From: Sarea resinae
Lineage: Eukaryota
Reading direction: 5' to 3'
NCBI GenBank assembly: GCA_026026165.1
Contig: JAPEUD010000002.1
Location: 682,001-746,000, forward strand
DNA length: 64,000 nt
The notes beneath the pieces were generated by a model. That model was not told the origin of the DNA. It saw only the letters and a program-made list of their open reading frames with translations, and ran no database searches. Of this stretch, positions 61,634-64,000 are shown in pieces. The position numbers and the translations under genes were made by a program. Each line of letters starts with the position of its first letter. Position 1 is the stretch's first letter.

Positions 61634-64000
61634 TCAGTACGGAATCCCGTTGGTCAGCAACTGAAACTGATCATAGCCTCTCGTGCTCATATTGCCAGCG
61701 CTCTTCCTCACCAACTCGCGCATGTAAGCCGCGGCCTCCTTCTCCGTCTTGCCTAGCACGAATCGGGAACGGAAGTTATCGATCGTCTCGGGCTTGAAGC
61801 AGGGCAGGCCCGAATCGAGCATCAGGATGACGAGATGGGTGAGTTTTTCGCAGTGCGGGCGCACGGCCAGGAAGGCTTTGATGCAGAGGGACTCGAACCA
61901 GGCGTAGGGCTGCGAATTGGTCGGGGTGGCCGTCGCGTTCGCGGCCGTGTTGGAAGAGGATGAGGAGATGAGGGGGATAGAGGGGAAGTGCGAGGGCGAC
62001 GAGGTGCTGTTGGCCACCGGCGTGGTCGTGTCAGTGGATCCGCCCATGACGGCGATCATTTCGGTGGTCAGTTTGAAGGGCGCCCGCTCGAATTTGATCC
62101 CGCCGGGGGAGATGTCGAAGCAGAATCCGAAGTCTGAGGGGCAAGTCGCGTTAGATGTAAGTCTGTGCATGTATCGGGACGAAGGAAAAAAAGGGGGTAC
62201 AAACCAATGTGGAGGATGTGCCCGGCATCGTCGATCATGATGTTACCGTTATGACGGTCCTTGAATTGTAAGAGGTACGAAATGACCGAGTAAGCTGCCA
62301 TACTCTTTACGAAGTTATTGCGCGCTTCCTGGAACCGGACCGAGTCTTCGCCACCGTATTTAGTGACAAAGTAGTCGTATAAACCATTGACAGCTTCACG
62401 ACCCAACATATCACGAGATATGGAATTAGGGAGCACGTCGATGACGCCACAGCCTGGAGCCGTGGCCGTGACGCGGTACGGGTAAACGTATACATCTAGG
62501 CCGACGTCGTTGAAGATGCCGCGGAAGGTGGCGATCATCTGGAGAGCGAGGACATCTTGGCGGCAATCGTCGCCGACTTTGAAGATGGCCGATTGCCAGA
62601 CTTCGTACGTATGCTCAGCCGGTACCGAACCGCGCTGGTTGGTCTGTTCCACTAGCTCGTCTGTCCCTTCCAGATCACCCTTCTCTTTCCTGATTCTGAA
62701 CGTCGCCATGTATGGAGCCTTGGCGTGACTCTGCAATGGCTTCCCGGATTTTCTGTCGATGCCAATCACGACACCATCAGGATTGCTCGGCAGATATACA
62801 CCAACTTCGACTTGGATCTTTCGAAGTTCCTCCTCGATTTTCTGCTTCTTCTCCGGCTTGCTTCGTTTGATGAACGGCCGTAACTTGCCAGATATATCAG
62901 TAATCTCATTGAAGAATGAGAACTCCCGTTCGTAGAAGACTTTGTCCGCTTCAGAAAAACTCTCGAGCAGGGCCTCCATGACTTTGTCTAGCGTGGGCTT
63001 GACAGGATCCGGCTGCTTAAGATTAGCATGGAACTGCACATTCTCTCTTCGAAACTTACGATCTGAGAGTCTTCATCCTTGTAGGCGTTGGCCTTCATGT
63101 TCCAGATGATTTGGTGCGCAAAAAGTTGTGAGAATTTAGCCGTCTCGATAATATACCGTTCCACGTAACCGAGGACATCGTAACGCAGCGTCTGAACGAT
63201 TTGCGGCACGTAAAAGAAAGTCACATCAACTGAGTGGCTTTCGAGCGCCCTCATGGCGTACTGTAAGATAAATGGGTGATTGCCGTACGCCGGTAAGAAG
63301 TATGTGACTGCAGTGATTGGATTGACCGGAGCCCAGTAGAGAAGATACTTTATATGTCAGAAAATATATAGAATGACCAACGTTGACTCTTACTTTCAGC
63401 TGAAATGATATATCGCTCGGGAGTGATGATCCGAAGAGGATCTGCAGGGCATCAGGTTCGCCTATCGCCTTTTCAGGGAAGTTGAGGAGCAGCCAGCGAA
63501 TGTCGTTGTTGAGCTTTGCGGAGTGGAATCTCGTGGTGAGGTTGATAGCTAATGACGGACTTTCCAACCATGCGATTTTCAAGTTTGCTGTTAAAGCAGC
63601 CTGAAAAAGGTTAGTCTGCGTCCCAGGGATTCTGGATATATTTACTCACGTCTGATGGGCTTTTGCTAGCATGACTTGGTGAGAAGAAATAACCGTGTTC
63701 GCTTTCAGTGGGAAACAACCACACGCTCAGCCGTGATCTCTCATTCTGAAGGAGCATGAGCAGAAGATCCTGCTTGCCCGACAATGGCTTGAGCGATCCG
63801 ACAGGTTTGGATCCAACAGATTCAACGTCTTTTATTGCAGCTTCAGCATCCGCCAAAAGCTGGGTTTCGGCCTTCAACTGCAGACGGTTGCCGCCAAACG
63901 ACCACCTGAAAAAGGTCAGTTGTTGCAGAGAGCGGGGCGGCGGAATAGAATACCTTGGGGGATGAAAGAACCACTTCAAACCAGCAGAAAGTATCTGATC
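61634..64000 (-). CDS. STT4: phosphatidylinositol 4-kinase type III alpha, 3' part (runs off the window)
   Basis: FFYVPQIVQTLRYD; PLQSHAKAPY; IFKVGDDCRQDVLALQ; FKDRHNGNIM; HI|DFGF; FERAPFKLT; C-terminal YDQFQLLTNGIPY*. Confidence 0.96.

Noticed and set aside
1..64000. tRNA or rRNA genes
   Set aside because: GTTCGA hits (for example at 15672, 49222 and 55068) lack cloverleaf context and no rRNA-like sequence was recognised. A tRNAscan/Infernal run would be needed to exclude small RNAs.

Overview
Eukaryotic DNA from a filamentous ascomycete (Pezizomycotina): short GT-AG introns with CTRAC branch sites and about 22 genes. In order: an alpha-factor-like pheromone precursor with a dense upstream GTCAATA motif cluster, IDH1, BUD23, SVP26, a long-TIR foldback/MITE-like element, BEM3, an SFK1-family gene, a class 3 lipase, an eisosome protein, a tyrosine phosphatase, two J-domain genes, an NmrA-like gene, YIP3/PRA1, a frameshifted BTB gene, an IRC20/SHPRH-like SNF2-RING helicase, two disrupted genes (DUF3990-like and RPA14/ker1-like), a Mn-type CDF transporter, an RRM-YTH protein and the 3' part of STT4. 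The strongest candidate for an undescribed system is at the 3' end of YIP3. A 446-codon -1-frame ORF with no AUG until well inside it overlaps the YIP3 stop. At the overlap there is a U_UUU_UCC slippery site, a 6-nt spacer and a predicted three-stemmed pseudoknot, suggesting a cellular -1 programmed ribosomal frameshift that gives a ~605-aa Yip3 fusion. All calls come from motif recognition by eye. No database searches were run and exon boundaries are approximate.
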